In this document: positions 26,820 to 39,091 of the stretch, in pieces
Numbering within the stretch: the first letter of the stretch is position 1
Layout: the number at the start of each line of letters is the position of its first letter
From: Octopus sinensis
Lineage: Eukaryota
DNA length: 64,000 bases
Assembly: GCF_006345805.1 (NCBI RefSeq)
Contig: NC_043002.1
Span: forward strand, 29,884,001-29,948,000
Direction of reading: 5' to 3'
Program-made: the position numbers and the translations under genes
The notes under the pieces: model-generated
What the model was told of the DNA's origin: nothing
Databases searched by the model: none
What the model saw: the letters and a program-made list of their open reading frames with translations, nothing else

Positions 26820-27180
26820 ATTACTTTTACTACTACTAACACCAATACTTCTATTACCACCACCACTACTACTACTACTACTACAAATATTATTGACATA
26901 CCAAGTCGATGTCGATCTTAATCAACATCACAAGTACCAATAGAGCTATCACTACTATATACAATAGATATTAGTGACACCAACGGTACCACTAACTCTC
27001 CCTCCATAACAACAGCTACTACTACTACTACATTCACTAAATATCCCTACACAACAACGACTGCAACCAAAATAACACCATCCGTCACCACCATGTTCGA
27101 ACCCACTCTCTCACAAACTCCATAGCATCTCTAACCTCGTACCTACACCTTTACCACCACTCCAACACACATAATATTCC
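26820..27180. repeat. Degenerate (ACT/ACC)n low-complexity tract
   Basis: Direct reading. Confidence 0.7.
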
Positions 27181-29374
27181 CTAACATCATTCAAATGACT
27201 ACAGATTCTTATTCATGTGAACAACCATAAAACCTTTGAACAGAGTTTTGCTATGACGCAATGTTAATTTTCTCTGTGCTCTTGATTAAATTGGGCGGAT
27301 CAATATTGATTATCGATTGATCATGTTCTTCAAAGAACCCGTCAATACTCTGTCCATAAACTTCATCTGTATTCTACTGTTTATTTCGTAAACGGCTTCT
27401 GTAATCCTACTTAAATCTCTTAGTCTAAAACCAGTTTGCTTTTCAACCATCATTGCACCGTCCTTGCCTCGTTGATGTCGCCTGGTGATAGTAACGGCCT
27501 GGCAGTAGTAAAGTCTGTAATATTACGTTGACGTCGGTTAGCTAGACTAACATTGAACGGTGGATAAAATACCAACGTTTATTTGACTGTGATTTTCAGG
27601 TTTATTACATCAGTAGATAATCATTTTGGAAGACAGATAGCATGAAAATATTATTGTAACCATTTTAATATAAGTATTGCTTTTTAACTTTGTTAGAAGA
27701 CCAACTAATTTAAATGTATAGTCTGATAATAACAACCCTGACGATTCACATTCTAAAGTTATAGTTGATTATATCAACTCCAGTACATAATGTTTCAAGG
27801 GCATAGTCGACTCCAATACTTTAAATATATCTTCGATCACTACTGTTTTCTGGTTATCCTAGCTTGGTATTCACTATCTTTAATCAATATTCCAGGTTGC
27901 CGTTCGTGGAAGGCTGAAACTAACAAAAAATTAGTAGAAGAGATTAAGGAAATTAAAATGCAACGAAGCCATAAAAATGCTTAATTTTTGATGAGACATT
28001 ATATGAGTTGAAAAGTTTAGTCTTTCATCCATTTCCTTGGGAGTATAAGGTACGTTTTAGTTGCATCATCGAGAACATAAATAATTCATAATAAATAAAT
28101 TAGAAACATTGTTTGGTACCTCGAATCGACAGCAGAACATATTTGGTATATTTTGGGGCCTGAATTTTTCAGAGACTAAGTCGATCACAACCGGATTTTA
28201 CTTAAGATGTATTTATCACCATTCTGTCATTTTGCAGTCTTTAAAAAAACAGGCTGTATGTTTGTAGGCCAGAATCAATATATTTGTGTAAGAGTTATGC
28301 TTTTCTCAGGGAGATGAACCACGTAAATGAAAGAATATGGATGTATCCATGGATTAAAAACACTTGGTATTTATTTAATGCTACTTATTGCTTTTCAACG
28401 TTTTCTATATTGATTACTTTTATTAATTTCTGGAATGGTACCACAGCTCAAATTAAAACACAGGTGTATATTCGATTGCTTGAAACCAATATAATGCTAG
28501 CAATCATTTTATAAAACTGATGAGAGGTTTGAACTCAGTTCATAAAAGAATGCATCAAAGTACCACGTGACATATATTTCAACTCTCTACCGTTTCTACT
28601 ACCCACCGCCCTCGAGAGACTATTAATATTCCATACACTCAGACATTAAACAAACTAATCAGTAGGATTTGTTTGATCGCATGAATGTTACTTGGACAAA
28701 ACCTTCATAAGGTCAACACAGGAAACATTTGTCCGCTCTAATAGCTTACCGAAATTCGCGTGGACAAACTGTGCTGTGTTGGTTTAGCTACAGTTGAAGG
28801 ACAATATCAGAATTGATTTTACTATTATTCTTCTTCCTCTTCTTCTTATTTTGACACATGATGTCTTTACTGACCCTGGATTTATTTAAATATTATAGGA
28901 GTTATGTTTTTACAGAATTGTTTTCTCTATTTCCTCGTGTCTTCTTTTGTACACAAAGAAGTGAGCAGACGCTAGCAAAGAAAAAAAATCGTGGTTTCGA
29001 GATAAACAAGCAAAGACATTAACTGGCGCGGGTAGACGCTAAAATATGTATCTTACGGAACAGGTTCGATACTTCGGCAAGCGGGAAATTCTAAGCCTAT
29101 TATTTTACTCTGAAGGCACTTTGTCAAACCAATTCAGCATCACATTCCTAAGCTATGTGATGTGAACAGAAGATGGCTGGTTTCCCATCAACAATAATAG
29201 ACATATTCAAATTAGAACCAATAGTCAACTATAATGGTAACGTTTAGTGATACGATTTGGCAGGAATGGCCGATAGTTGAAAATCTGGGAAACATCTCTT
29301 AATTTCTTTTAATAGTCGCAATGGAGGAATGATATTCAGCAATGACTACAGGAGTACAAGGTAATTATCTATTT

Positions 29375-29588
29375 TCGTCTTTTATTTGTCTCAGTCATTG
29401 AACTATGGCCATGCAAGGCACAGATTTGAAGTGTTTAATCGAAGAATATTAGTTTTAAGATCTGGTACTTATTCTATTCATTTCTTTTGCTGAACCGTGA
29501 GGTTATTAGAACGTAAAAAGACCCAGCACCGTATCAAGCAATGTGAGGGTATGGACTAATACAAACACAAAGACATATACACACATGC

Positions 29589-29653
<65 letters not shown>

Positions 29654-30353
29654 AGTGAGTGTAAGTGTGTGTGTGTAAGTGTGTGTGTGTAAGTGTGTGT
29701 GTGTAAGTGTGTGTGTGTGTGTGAGTGAGTGTAAGTGTGTGTGTGTGTGTGTGTGTGAGTGAGTGTAAGTGTGTGTGTGTAAGTGTGTGTGTATAAATTA
29801 AAGGAGAACCATCCTGTAGCAATTCATCAATGATATACTTAAGTCATACCATATTGAAAAAAAATTAAGATGCGTTAAAACAATTACGTAGAACTAAATT
29901 AAATACGAAATAATAAATAAGTAGTATATAATTAGTAATTATATACTAATTATATACTATCTATTTATTACTTAGTACTTCATTTACTTTTAGGTAACTG
30001 TACGATCGTATCTTAATGTTTTTTCTATGTGGTATGAAATTGCTAAATGGTGGTTCTTCTCTAATTATTATACATGTATTATATATTGTGAAATTTGATT
30101 AGGTATTACTAAATTGAATTTTTCCCTGTAAGTCTGGAATCATATTCCCTATTATATATATATATATATATATAAATTTGTGTGTGTGTATGGGTGCGTG
30201 TGAGCGCATCAGGTTTCCTTACAGCCTCTGTCTACTAACAAGGAATTAGTCAGTTCGAGGTTATAGTTGAAGTCCTTCACCCAAGATGCCACACCGAGGA
30301 ATGAAACCTGAAACCACTTAGTTGCAAAGCTTCTTAACTACACAGCCATGCCT
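29375..30353 (-). mobile_element. Old SINE family B split by a family F insertion
   Basis: Tail half 29375-29575 (ctcagtcattgaactatggccatgc), head half 30208-30353 (cccaagatgccacaccgagg...cacagccatgcct). Confidence 0.65.
29792..30151. mobile_element. Stub-plus-hairpin element (family F), older copy
   Basis: Reverse complement from 30151: tagggaatatgattccagacttacagggaaaaattcaatttag...taattagagaagaaccacc, homologous to 14208 onward; degenerate palindrome centred near 29940 (tagtatataattagt/actaattatatacta). Confidence 0.75.
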
Positions 30354-31653
30354 ACAATATTTTTCTTGCTAAACACTACTATACTTTAGCAATAATATTA
30401 TATATTTGTACTATAATATTTTACTATAGATATTTTTCATGGTCATAAACTAAATGAATTTCGTCGATTCCCAGAGAGCAGCAGAAGAGCGACTGAAACG
30501 GCGAAATCTAATGCAACGTCATCAATAACTATCCCCATCGACCACATGATCAAGAGATAGGATAGGGAATGACAGGATAGGATAAACTGGTTGTAATATT
30601 TTCAATAGGCTTCAACATTTTGGTAGCAGTCAGGCATTTTATCGCTGTGGCTTTCAGCTACTTTTCAAATCGTAGTCACACTTCCAAGTTAGTTATAAAG
30701 TTCCTCTCCATGGTGATGATGATCTAAAAATTAATAAATCTAACTTGTGCTATGACAACTTCAGTTCTGTGATATAATACAAAAACATGGAAAACTCCAA
30801 TATATATAAAGAGAAAGAATTAATTATTTTCTCACAAAAAATTAATGATTAATTCTGTGATACCTCTTCTATACATGATTAGCAATTCTAAACGTTTGCA
30901 TAACTCATTAATAAGTGTGCATTAACTTAAGGGCACAAAACTAATTAACGAGATTGAATTTATTCCTTTTCTCTAAATGTATAAAATTCAGATATTTCAA
31001 ACTTTCAAAACCAGATCGCTCAAAAACTATGGAACGCGTATGTCCTTTTTCTCGCTTTTTTTTTTTTTTTGACTCTACATTCCAGCAGATATGAATGAAT
31101 GGTACTAGGAATAAATATGTATGACATAGTTTTCATTCTTATAGAGTATACTGACCCGGGGATTAACTTTGACTGAAAAGATACACGCAAGTCGAAATAC
31201 CGGTATCCCAAAGGAATCAAATGCGTTTTCAACATATGTCGTCTGAAAGGCAAACTTCTCCGGAGACGAAATGCAACAGTGATTAGCATATTTAACATAT
31301 TCACTCTAAATCTGCCGGAACATGTTTAGATTGCGCATGAACGTAACCATTTCGATTCTCAATGTACTATGTGCACATTATAATTCATCATCATCATCAT
31401 CATCATCATTACCATCATTGTCGTCGTTGTCGTCATCATCATCATCATCATCGTCATCATTATTTATTTTCACTTTTCTAAGTGCTGTATGCTATGTTTG
31501 CTTCCTTTCTTTTAATGCATGCCGTGTATATTTTCATTTTTCTCTCTATCATTCCATGATATGTAAACCCCCACATTTTATGTCTGTCTTTGTATTGTTC
31601 CCTTCATCCTTCACGCTGGCGGCAAATAAAAGAAATCATTATACTCCTCCTTA

Positions 31654-31697
<44 letters not shown>

Positions 31698-32238
31698 GAG
31701 TGAGAGAGCAGCACATGCCATCAAAATGACACTGGAGTAAAATATACGAAGCCCAGTATTCCAATCAAGACTACCAAGTCTGATAAGTGTACATCAGGCA
31801 TATGCATCAGAACCATATATGCGCGACATAGTGATCTCATATCAAGATAAACAGCGCATAGCCTTGCAGGTGGGGCCCAGTTAGAATTTTCTTTTGGTCA
31901 AGTAGCCCATCCCGCTCAAAAGATCCCTGAATAAAGATTGTTTAAGGATGTGGAACGAACCACCCATGTTTCCAAAGGTGAATTATTCAAACCTCCAAGA
32001 ATTCCTTTCAACACACGGCTATGATGCTCCCCCACTACTTCTGCTTGTGATCAGAGATGCACATATCGTCAGCCACTAAGGGACATGCTCAACTGGTTAA
32101 ACAACTGAGAAGCAAATCTGTAGTATTGAGCAGAATATTTACTGTAGCCCATCTTTTATACCAAGACAAAATAATGTACATGATAACACTTCAAGTCAGT
32201 TAAGATCAGAAGCCATGAGAGCCACTGTCTGGTACTGC
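31698..32238 (-). mobile_element. Unclassified ~540-bp element E, flanked by (TAT)n
   Basis: Homologous to 32557-33109 and 9785-9960; on the minus strand it starts gcagtaccagacagtggctctc and ends ctctctcactc(AAT)n. Confidence 0.8.
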
Positions 32239-32260
32239 TATTATTATTATTATTATTATT

Positions 32261-32378
32261 CAGTAGTTTTATTTTTATAGCGTGCTTTCACTTCACTGCC
32301 GAGCGCAGCTCTGTGTGCCTTGGGTATGTGCTGTGATTTGTTGTGATGCTCTGATGGTTATTGTATGGAAAGTGTTCT
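32261..32378 (-). mobile_element. 5'-truncated 3' stub of the R4/Dong-like LINE
   Basis: Near-identical to 63615-63732 (cagtagttttatttttatagcgtgctttcacttc...ttattgtatggaaagtgttct); encodes only RTLSIQ*; sits within (TAA)n. Confidence 0.9.
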
Positions 32379-32556
32379 TTCAATAATAATTATTCTTTCC
32401 ATAATAATAATAATTATTATTATTATTATTATTATTATTATCACTATTATTATTATTCTTGTTGTTGTTGGTATTATTATTATTATTATTATTATTATCA
32501 TCACTATTATTATTATTCTTGTTGTTGTTGGTATTATTATTATTATTATTATTATT

Positions 32557-32867
32557 GTGTGCGAGAGAGCAGCACACCCCAAAGAAAGTGACGCTGGAGT
32601 ACCATTACACAAAGTTCAATATCCCCCCATCATGACTACGCGTCTGATAAGGGTACACCAAACACATGTATCACAACCATATGCGCACGACATTGTGACC
32701 TCATATCTAGGTAAACAGCGCATGAACTTGCAGGTGTGATACCCGTAGAAATATCTATTATTTAAACGAGTACCCCATGCAGCACAAAATATCCCTGAAT
32801 AAAACGTGCTTAAAGACGATGAAATAAGCACCCATATTCCAGGGGTGAATTATTCAAAACCCAAAGA

Positions 32868-32909
<42 letters not shown>

Positions 32910-33109
32910 AGACACTTAGCTATGATGCTCTCCACTACTGCCTATGTTCAGAGATGCACATATCGTCAGCTACAAAAGGACATGTTCAACTGGGGAAAAT
33001 CAAGCAACTGAGAAGCACATCTCTATATACTGCACCTCATTATTTACACCAGGACAAAACATGTGGCTTAACACTTCCGATCACGAGAGTCACTGCCTGG
33101 AGCTGCGTC
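32557..33109 (-). mobile_element. Element E, older copy
   Basis: gagagagcagcac...gtgaattattcaaa...gctatgatgctc...cagagatgcacatatcgtcagc...gagagtcactgcctggagctgc is colinear with 31698-32238. Confidence 0.8.
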
Positions 33110-33114
33110 TCGAC

Positions 33115-33490
33115 ATTTATTATTACGTTCCGAGTTCAAATTCCTCGGAGGTCGAGTTTATCTTTCATCCTTTAGAGATTGGTCAATAAAATAAGGACCA
33201 GTTGATCAATGGGGGTCGAATTAATCGACATAGCCCCAACCCCGAAATTGCTGGGCTTGTGCCAAAATTTGAAAGCAGTAGGAGTATTATTGAATCGACG
33301 AGACCACAGAATCGTTAGCATGCCAGCAGAACAACCCTTCGGCATTTGTTCCATTCTTACGTTCTGAGTCGACTGTGTGTTTCATCTTTTCGGATTCGAT
33401 GAAATAAAATACCAGTTACCCTCTGGAATTGATGAAATCAACTTTTTCTCCTTCAAAAAACTGCTGGCCCTGCGCTAAACTTGAAATCGT
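33115..33490 (+). mobile_element. Tandem pair of degenerate SINE family A (A2 tails)
   Basis: ttccgagttcaaattcctcggaggtcgag...cccgaaattgctgggcttgtgccaaaatttgaaa, then cagaatcgttagcatgcc...ctgctggccctgcgctaaacttgaaatc. Confidence 0.75.
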
Positions 33491-33524
33491 TATTATTAAC
33501 GTTATTAAGATTATTATATGCATT

Positions 33525-33891
33525 ATTTTATTTGTTTCAGTCATTTGACTGCGGCCATGCTGGAGTACTGCCTTTCAAGCGAACGAATCGGCCCCAGGAC
33601 TTATTCTTGGTAAGCCGAGTACTTATTCTGTCGGGTTTTTTGCCGAACCGCTAGCTTACGGAGACGTAACCGCGCCAACTTCGGTTGACCAGCGATGGCG
33701 GGAGAACAAACAGACACACTCACACACACAGCATGTGTATATATATTATATATATATATATATATAATATATATATATATACAACGGGTTTCTTTCAGTT
33801 TCCGTCTACCAAATCCACTCTCGAAGCTTTGATCAGTCCGAGGCTATAGTAGGAGTTACCACGCAGTGGGCCTGAACCCATTCCTGCGCCT
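33525..33891 (-). mobile_element. SINE family B (head partly deleted)
   Basis: gtttcagtcatttgactgcggccatgctggag tail; cacgcagtgggcctgaaccc..gcgcct head. Confidence 0.85.
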
Positions 33892-33904
33892 ATGAGCATA
33901 TTTA

Positions 33905-33951
<47 letters not shown>

Positions 33952-34424
33952 TTTTGTATTTGGGCGCGTATGCATTAATGTTGTAGGACTTTGCGGGAAC
34001 GTGTCAGAAGGAAGTCCCTTTAAGTTGCTGCTAGTAAGTGTATGTGCAAAATACATGAATTCATTATGGAAAATCGGTAACATATACATTATTATATCTA
34101 TTTATAATTCAAAATTCAATTCAATTTTGTCCTACCTGTGCATATCAGGAAGTAGATTCTGCATTATTTGCTTATATACCTTAAACCAGTGATTCCGATT
34201 TTACCGTGTTGGCTTGGGCGTATGATGCTGAGGAGTAGAAATAACAGCGAAATATCGACATCCACCGTTCTCGTTCACCTACGGGACGAATTGCCCAGCT
34301 TGGTTTGAGATATTCAGTGTATTTTAACACTCCGTGTCTGAAAATGTATTTTCTTTACCGATTCGTTCCCGCACCTAATAAGAGAATAAACAAAACATAC
34401 AATCAGAAGGGCCCATATATATAC

Positions 34425-34508
<84 letters not shown>

Positions 34509-34522
34509 ATATATATATATTA

Positions 34523-35637
34523 CATGGAAAAATGCGAGCACGGGAAATAATATTCTTAAGATTATAAACCTGGAAAATTACAGGACAAGTAATTACACTG
34601 GGAAAAGTTCAAGACAACTTATTACATCTGGTAAAGTCCACAAAAGAATGTTTACTTAAAATATTGCAGCTAAGGATAAAATTTCAAATATAATATTTAG
34701 ATTTAGAAAATATTAGCTTTTATTGAAACTAATAATTTTATTACAAGTTATTACTTCTATTTGTTATTACTTGTTACTTCTATTAAAAATTTAAAATAGC
34801 TCAAAATACTTTTTCGCTTTAAAAAAATTCATTTTTTCAATTATTAATTAATAATTAGAATTTTGAAAATAGGTTACAAAAAATAGTAGTAGTACATAAT
34901 TTGTTAGTAAATAAATGGAATAATACAAAAATTAGTTTTATATTACAGTAAAATCTACCTATAACAACAAATTTACAGTAAAATTTGCTTGATTTATTGC
35001 TCAAGTCTTCACATTTTTAATCTTGAGTCAAATCTTGATTTTTACATTATGAATTTGCCTACCATATACACTATTCTACTTTGCATAAAACTTTACCTAT
35101 GTTAGTACTTTTGGTTCTCATTTTTTAAGTATTTTAGTGTGTCAATATTTTAACAAAATGATAATACCTATTTCTTTACTACCCGCAAGGGGCTAAACAC
35201 AGGGAGGACAAACAAGGACAGACAAACTGATTAAGTCGATTATATCGACTTCAATGCATAACTGGTACTTAATTTATCGACCCCGAAAGGATAAAAGGCA
35301 AAGTCGACCTCGGCGGGATTTGAACTCAGAACGTAACGGCAGACGAAATACGGCTACGCATTTAGCTCGGCTTGCTAACGATTTTGCCAGCGCACCACCC
35401 AACAAAGTGATAATACATTTTTTTAATTATAATGTTACTTTGTAAATTAAAATCAAGTAATTTTTAGTATTCAAATATTATCTTTATTTGTAATATTTTA
35501 AGTAAAAATTTTCTTGTTCTATACTTTACCAGATGTAACAAGTTGTCCTCAACTTTTCCAAGTGTAATAATTTGTCCTGTAATTTTCTAGGTTTATAATC
35601 TTAAAAATATTATTTCTATTGCTCGCATTTTCCCATG
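34523..35637. mobile_element. Non-autonomous TA-flanked element with ~170-bp TIRs
   Basis: ta|catggaaaaatgcgagcacgggaaataatattcttaagattataaacctggaaaattacaggac... vs ...gtcctgtaattttctaggtttataatcttaaaaatattatttctattgctcgcattttcccatg|ta; AT-rich non-coding interior with a SINE insert. Confidence 0.85.
35168..35400 (-). mobile_element. SINE family A (A1 tail) with 16-bp TSD
   Basis: TSD aacaaaatgataatac (35152-35167) / aacaaagtgataatac (35401-35416). Confidence 0.92.
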
Positions 35638-36004
35638 TAGTCCATGAATTTTCCAGGCTATGCTATTATGCTAATTAATAATGTGTCAAATGTGTCAATT
35701 ACCAGTGTCGTTGATAAATTTTTCCTTACCTCAATGATGCCGGTGACATATATAAAAGTCCCCTTATAGAACTATATTTATAAAAAGTATAGTACTACAT
35801 TATCACCCTCAAATTTGAGAAACGAACACTCATAACTGTTTTCTTTTGAAACTTCATTGCATGAGATTAATACCATGAAATTCCTCGAATTGAGCTCTCT
35901 CATTTAAGCTTGATTAAAATATAATTTGTTTTTAAAAGACAAAATGTTAATTATACTTAAATTCAATTTTTTGCCTTATATTTTTTCATTATATTCTACC
36001 TTAC

Positions 36005-36127
36005 AGAATAAGTACTAGGCTTACAAAGAATAAGTCCTGGGGTCGATTTGCTCGACTAAAGGCGGTGTTCCAGCATGGTCGCAGTCAAATGACTGAAACG
36101 AATCAAAGAGTAAAGAGTAAAGAGTAA
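36005..36127 (+). mobile_element. 5'-truncated SINE family B tail
   Basis: aataagtactaggcttacaaagaataagtcctggggtcgatttgctcgactaaaggcggtg...(aaagagt)3. Confidence 0.9.
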
Positions 36128-36418
36128 GTACAAAAAAATTGAGAAAAGTTGGGTAGATTAGAAGGTCAAATTTCGACAGTGTTCCTCCATATGTCCGTGT
36201 CAATTCTCTTTCAGATTAACATTAAACTTTGGCTAAGCAAATTATCAGTCATTTTATTTCATAGTTTGAACAAAATATTAGATTCGATGCCCATCTATAG
36301 AGACGCTGTATAGTATTAACTTTTCAATTATAAATCTTTTAATATCTAATCAGATTATACTCAGCATATTATGTTAAGCATATTCGAAACAATATTAGTA
36401 TTATGAATGCAGAGGACT

Positions 36419-36454
<36 letters not shown>

Positions 36455-36705
36455 ATCAAGAGTATCAACGAATTTGGATCAAACTCGATTGATCTCTCTC
36501 TCTCTATCTCTCTCTATATATACGTAAATGTTGAACAATGAGAATAAGTACTCATCACTGCATTGGTGGATAAAATTTCTATATTAGAGTATTAAAGCTA
36601 CCATTGGTTTCATGTTAAGAAAATATCTTAATTTCTTAACAATTTTTCAAGCTAATCATATGGAGAAAAGGTGTTCGCGTCCATTCCAGATGATAACATC
36701 CTTAA

Positions 36706-36793
<88 letters not shown>

Positions 36794-36972
36794 GTCTGTC
36801 TGTCCGTCTGTCTGTCCGTATATAATATATATATATATATAATATATATATATATATCTAAGTACGTACGCACGTATGTATGTATTTGTATATATACATT
36901 TTTTCGTGTACATTCATATATATGCACGCGATTGTATATATATATATCTGTGTGTGTGTGTGTATGTATGTA

Positions 36973-37393
36973 TACTCTTTACTCTTTTTACTCTTTTTAC
37001 TTGTTTCAGTCATTTGACTGCGGCCATGCTGGAGCACCGCCTTTAGTCGAGCAACTCGACCCCGGGACTTATTCTTTGTAAGCCCAGTACTTATTCTATC
37101 GGTCTCTTTTGCCGAACCGCTAAGTGACGGGGACGTAAACACACCAGCATCAGTTGTCAAGCAATGCTAGGGGAACAAATACAGACACACAAACATATTC
37201 ACACACACTTCTATATATATACATATATACGACAGGCTTCTTTCAGTTTCCGTCTACCAAATCCACTCACAAGGCATTGGTCGGCCCGGGGCTATAGCAG
37301 AAGACACTTGCCCAAGATGCCACGCAGTGGGACTGAACTCGGAACCATGTGGTTGGTTAGCAAGCTACTTACCAAACAACCACTCCTGCGCCT
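36973..37393 (-). mobile_element. SINE family B, full length, low divergence
   Basis: Cleanest B copy: on the minus strand, head aggcgcaggagtggttg...gttccgagttcagtcccactgcgtggcatcttgggcaagtgtctt and tail (aaaagagt)n. Confidence 0.92.
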
Positions 37394-37402
37394 ATGTATA
37401 TA

Positions 37403-37599
37403 TATTTCTTTACAAACCACAAGAGGCTAAACATAGAGGGGGACAAACAAGAATAGACAAAGGGATTTAGTCGATTACATCGACCCCAGTGCGAAACTGG
37501 TACTTTATTTATCGACCCCGAAAGGATGAAAGGCAAAGTCGACCTCGGCGGAATTTGAACTCAGAACGTAACGACAGACGAAATACGCCAGTTCGCCGC
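37403..37599 (-). mobile_element. SINE family A (A1 tail, head deletion)
   Basis: tatttctttacaaaccacaagaggctaaac...gtcgacctcggcggaatttgaactcagaacg. Confidence 0.9.
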
Positions 37600-38368
37600 A
37601 TGTACGTATATATATGCATGTATATATTTATATATGAACTCTACAACATTTTTGATTGAGTGTCAATTAGTACTCATCTTTCATTTACATTTTGCCTTAC
37701 ACCATTCTACTTTCATCATTACATACTCACATGGAGACACATGTATATGAACCTGTGTTTCATACAAAGCTTTCATAACCATAGAATCAAATTAACCGAA
37801 ATAGACTAGTACAGTAATTGTGTTTATACATATACTTCTACGTCGATAGCAGTTGACGTCTTTATATTTGCATGTGTGAGCGTATACCCATATGCATGTA
37901 TTAATGTATGATAGGTATATATATATACATACATACATAAATACACGCACGTGTGAGCACACACGCGCACACACACACATACACAATCGTATATATATAC
38001 ACATGGCTTTCGTGTCTAGGTATGTAAAACTCATTTATACGTGAATAAATGCAAATATAGTTAACTCTATTTCTCAGTGCTCTGTTGTGTGTCTGTATGT
38101 GTGTGTGTGTGTATGCATATACATACATACATAATTATATGTATGTGTATGCTTACACACACAGACACACATAGACACACACACACAAACGTGCATACAA
38201 ACACACGTATATATTAAACAGAGAGAAAGAATAGTAATGAGAACCATCACTCTTTGACTATCCGACGGCCTCAAAATGCAAACACAGAGCAGTGAATTTC
38301 GATAAATGATATAGCATTATTGCTCTGAATGGCGGGAGACAAATGAAATCAAATACCGCGTACGTGGT

Positions 38369-38420
<52 letters not shown>

Positions 38421-38539
38421 TATATATATATATATACATATATATATTTGCGTGGATGCATACATATGTGCTTATGTACGTTTGTATATATACACATAAG
38501 ATATAATGTAGATTGATTAATTGATAAGTATACTCATTG

Positions 38540-38574
<35 letters not shown>

Positions 38575-38591
38575 TATATATATATATAAAC

Positions 38592-38624
<33 letters not shown>

Positions 38625-38977
38625 TTGATAGAAACATAGATAGATGAATATATGGTGGCTGAGTTGAGTATTTATACATATATACATGTATACATACACT
38701 CAGAACAATATGTGTTCATATGTATTTCAGTACCTCTGTTTCAGTACACATGTTTTTGTGTTTTTGCGTTACAATGTTTCTAACTTTTCTCCCGTGTGTG
38801 AAGCAATATATACGTTTATATATGTGTAAGCATGTGAGACTACGTGTGTAAACATAATATAGAACTAGGGGGGAATTAATTTTGTTTTTAAGTTGAGTAA
38901 CTCGACGTCTGTTGAGAGAATGTATGGCAAGATGTAAAAATTGATTGCAGCTATAGAGAGTTATTATTAGCTCCTAG

Positions 38978-39091
38978 GGAATCACGCTGACACGAACCAA
39001 CAGCGCTTGGGTCGATTTTACTACCCGATCGGCGATTTATTTCTTTGTTCTACAAATTGGCCCATGGCTTCTTACTTTCGTGACTGCTAAG
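38978..39091 (+). other. Candidate isolated 114-nt exon (phase 0/0) of an unidentified host gene
   Basis: ctcctag|GGA acceptor and strong AAG|GTGAGT donor; the only open frame runs exactly between them: GITLTRTNSAWVDFTTRSAIYFFVLQIGPWLLTFVTAK. No partner exon confidently identified. Confidence 0.35.
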
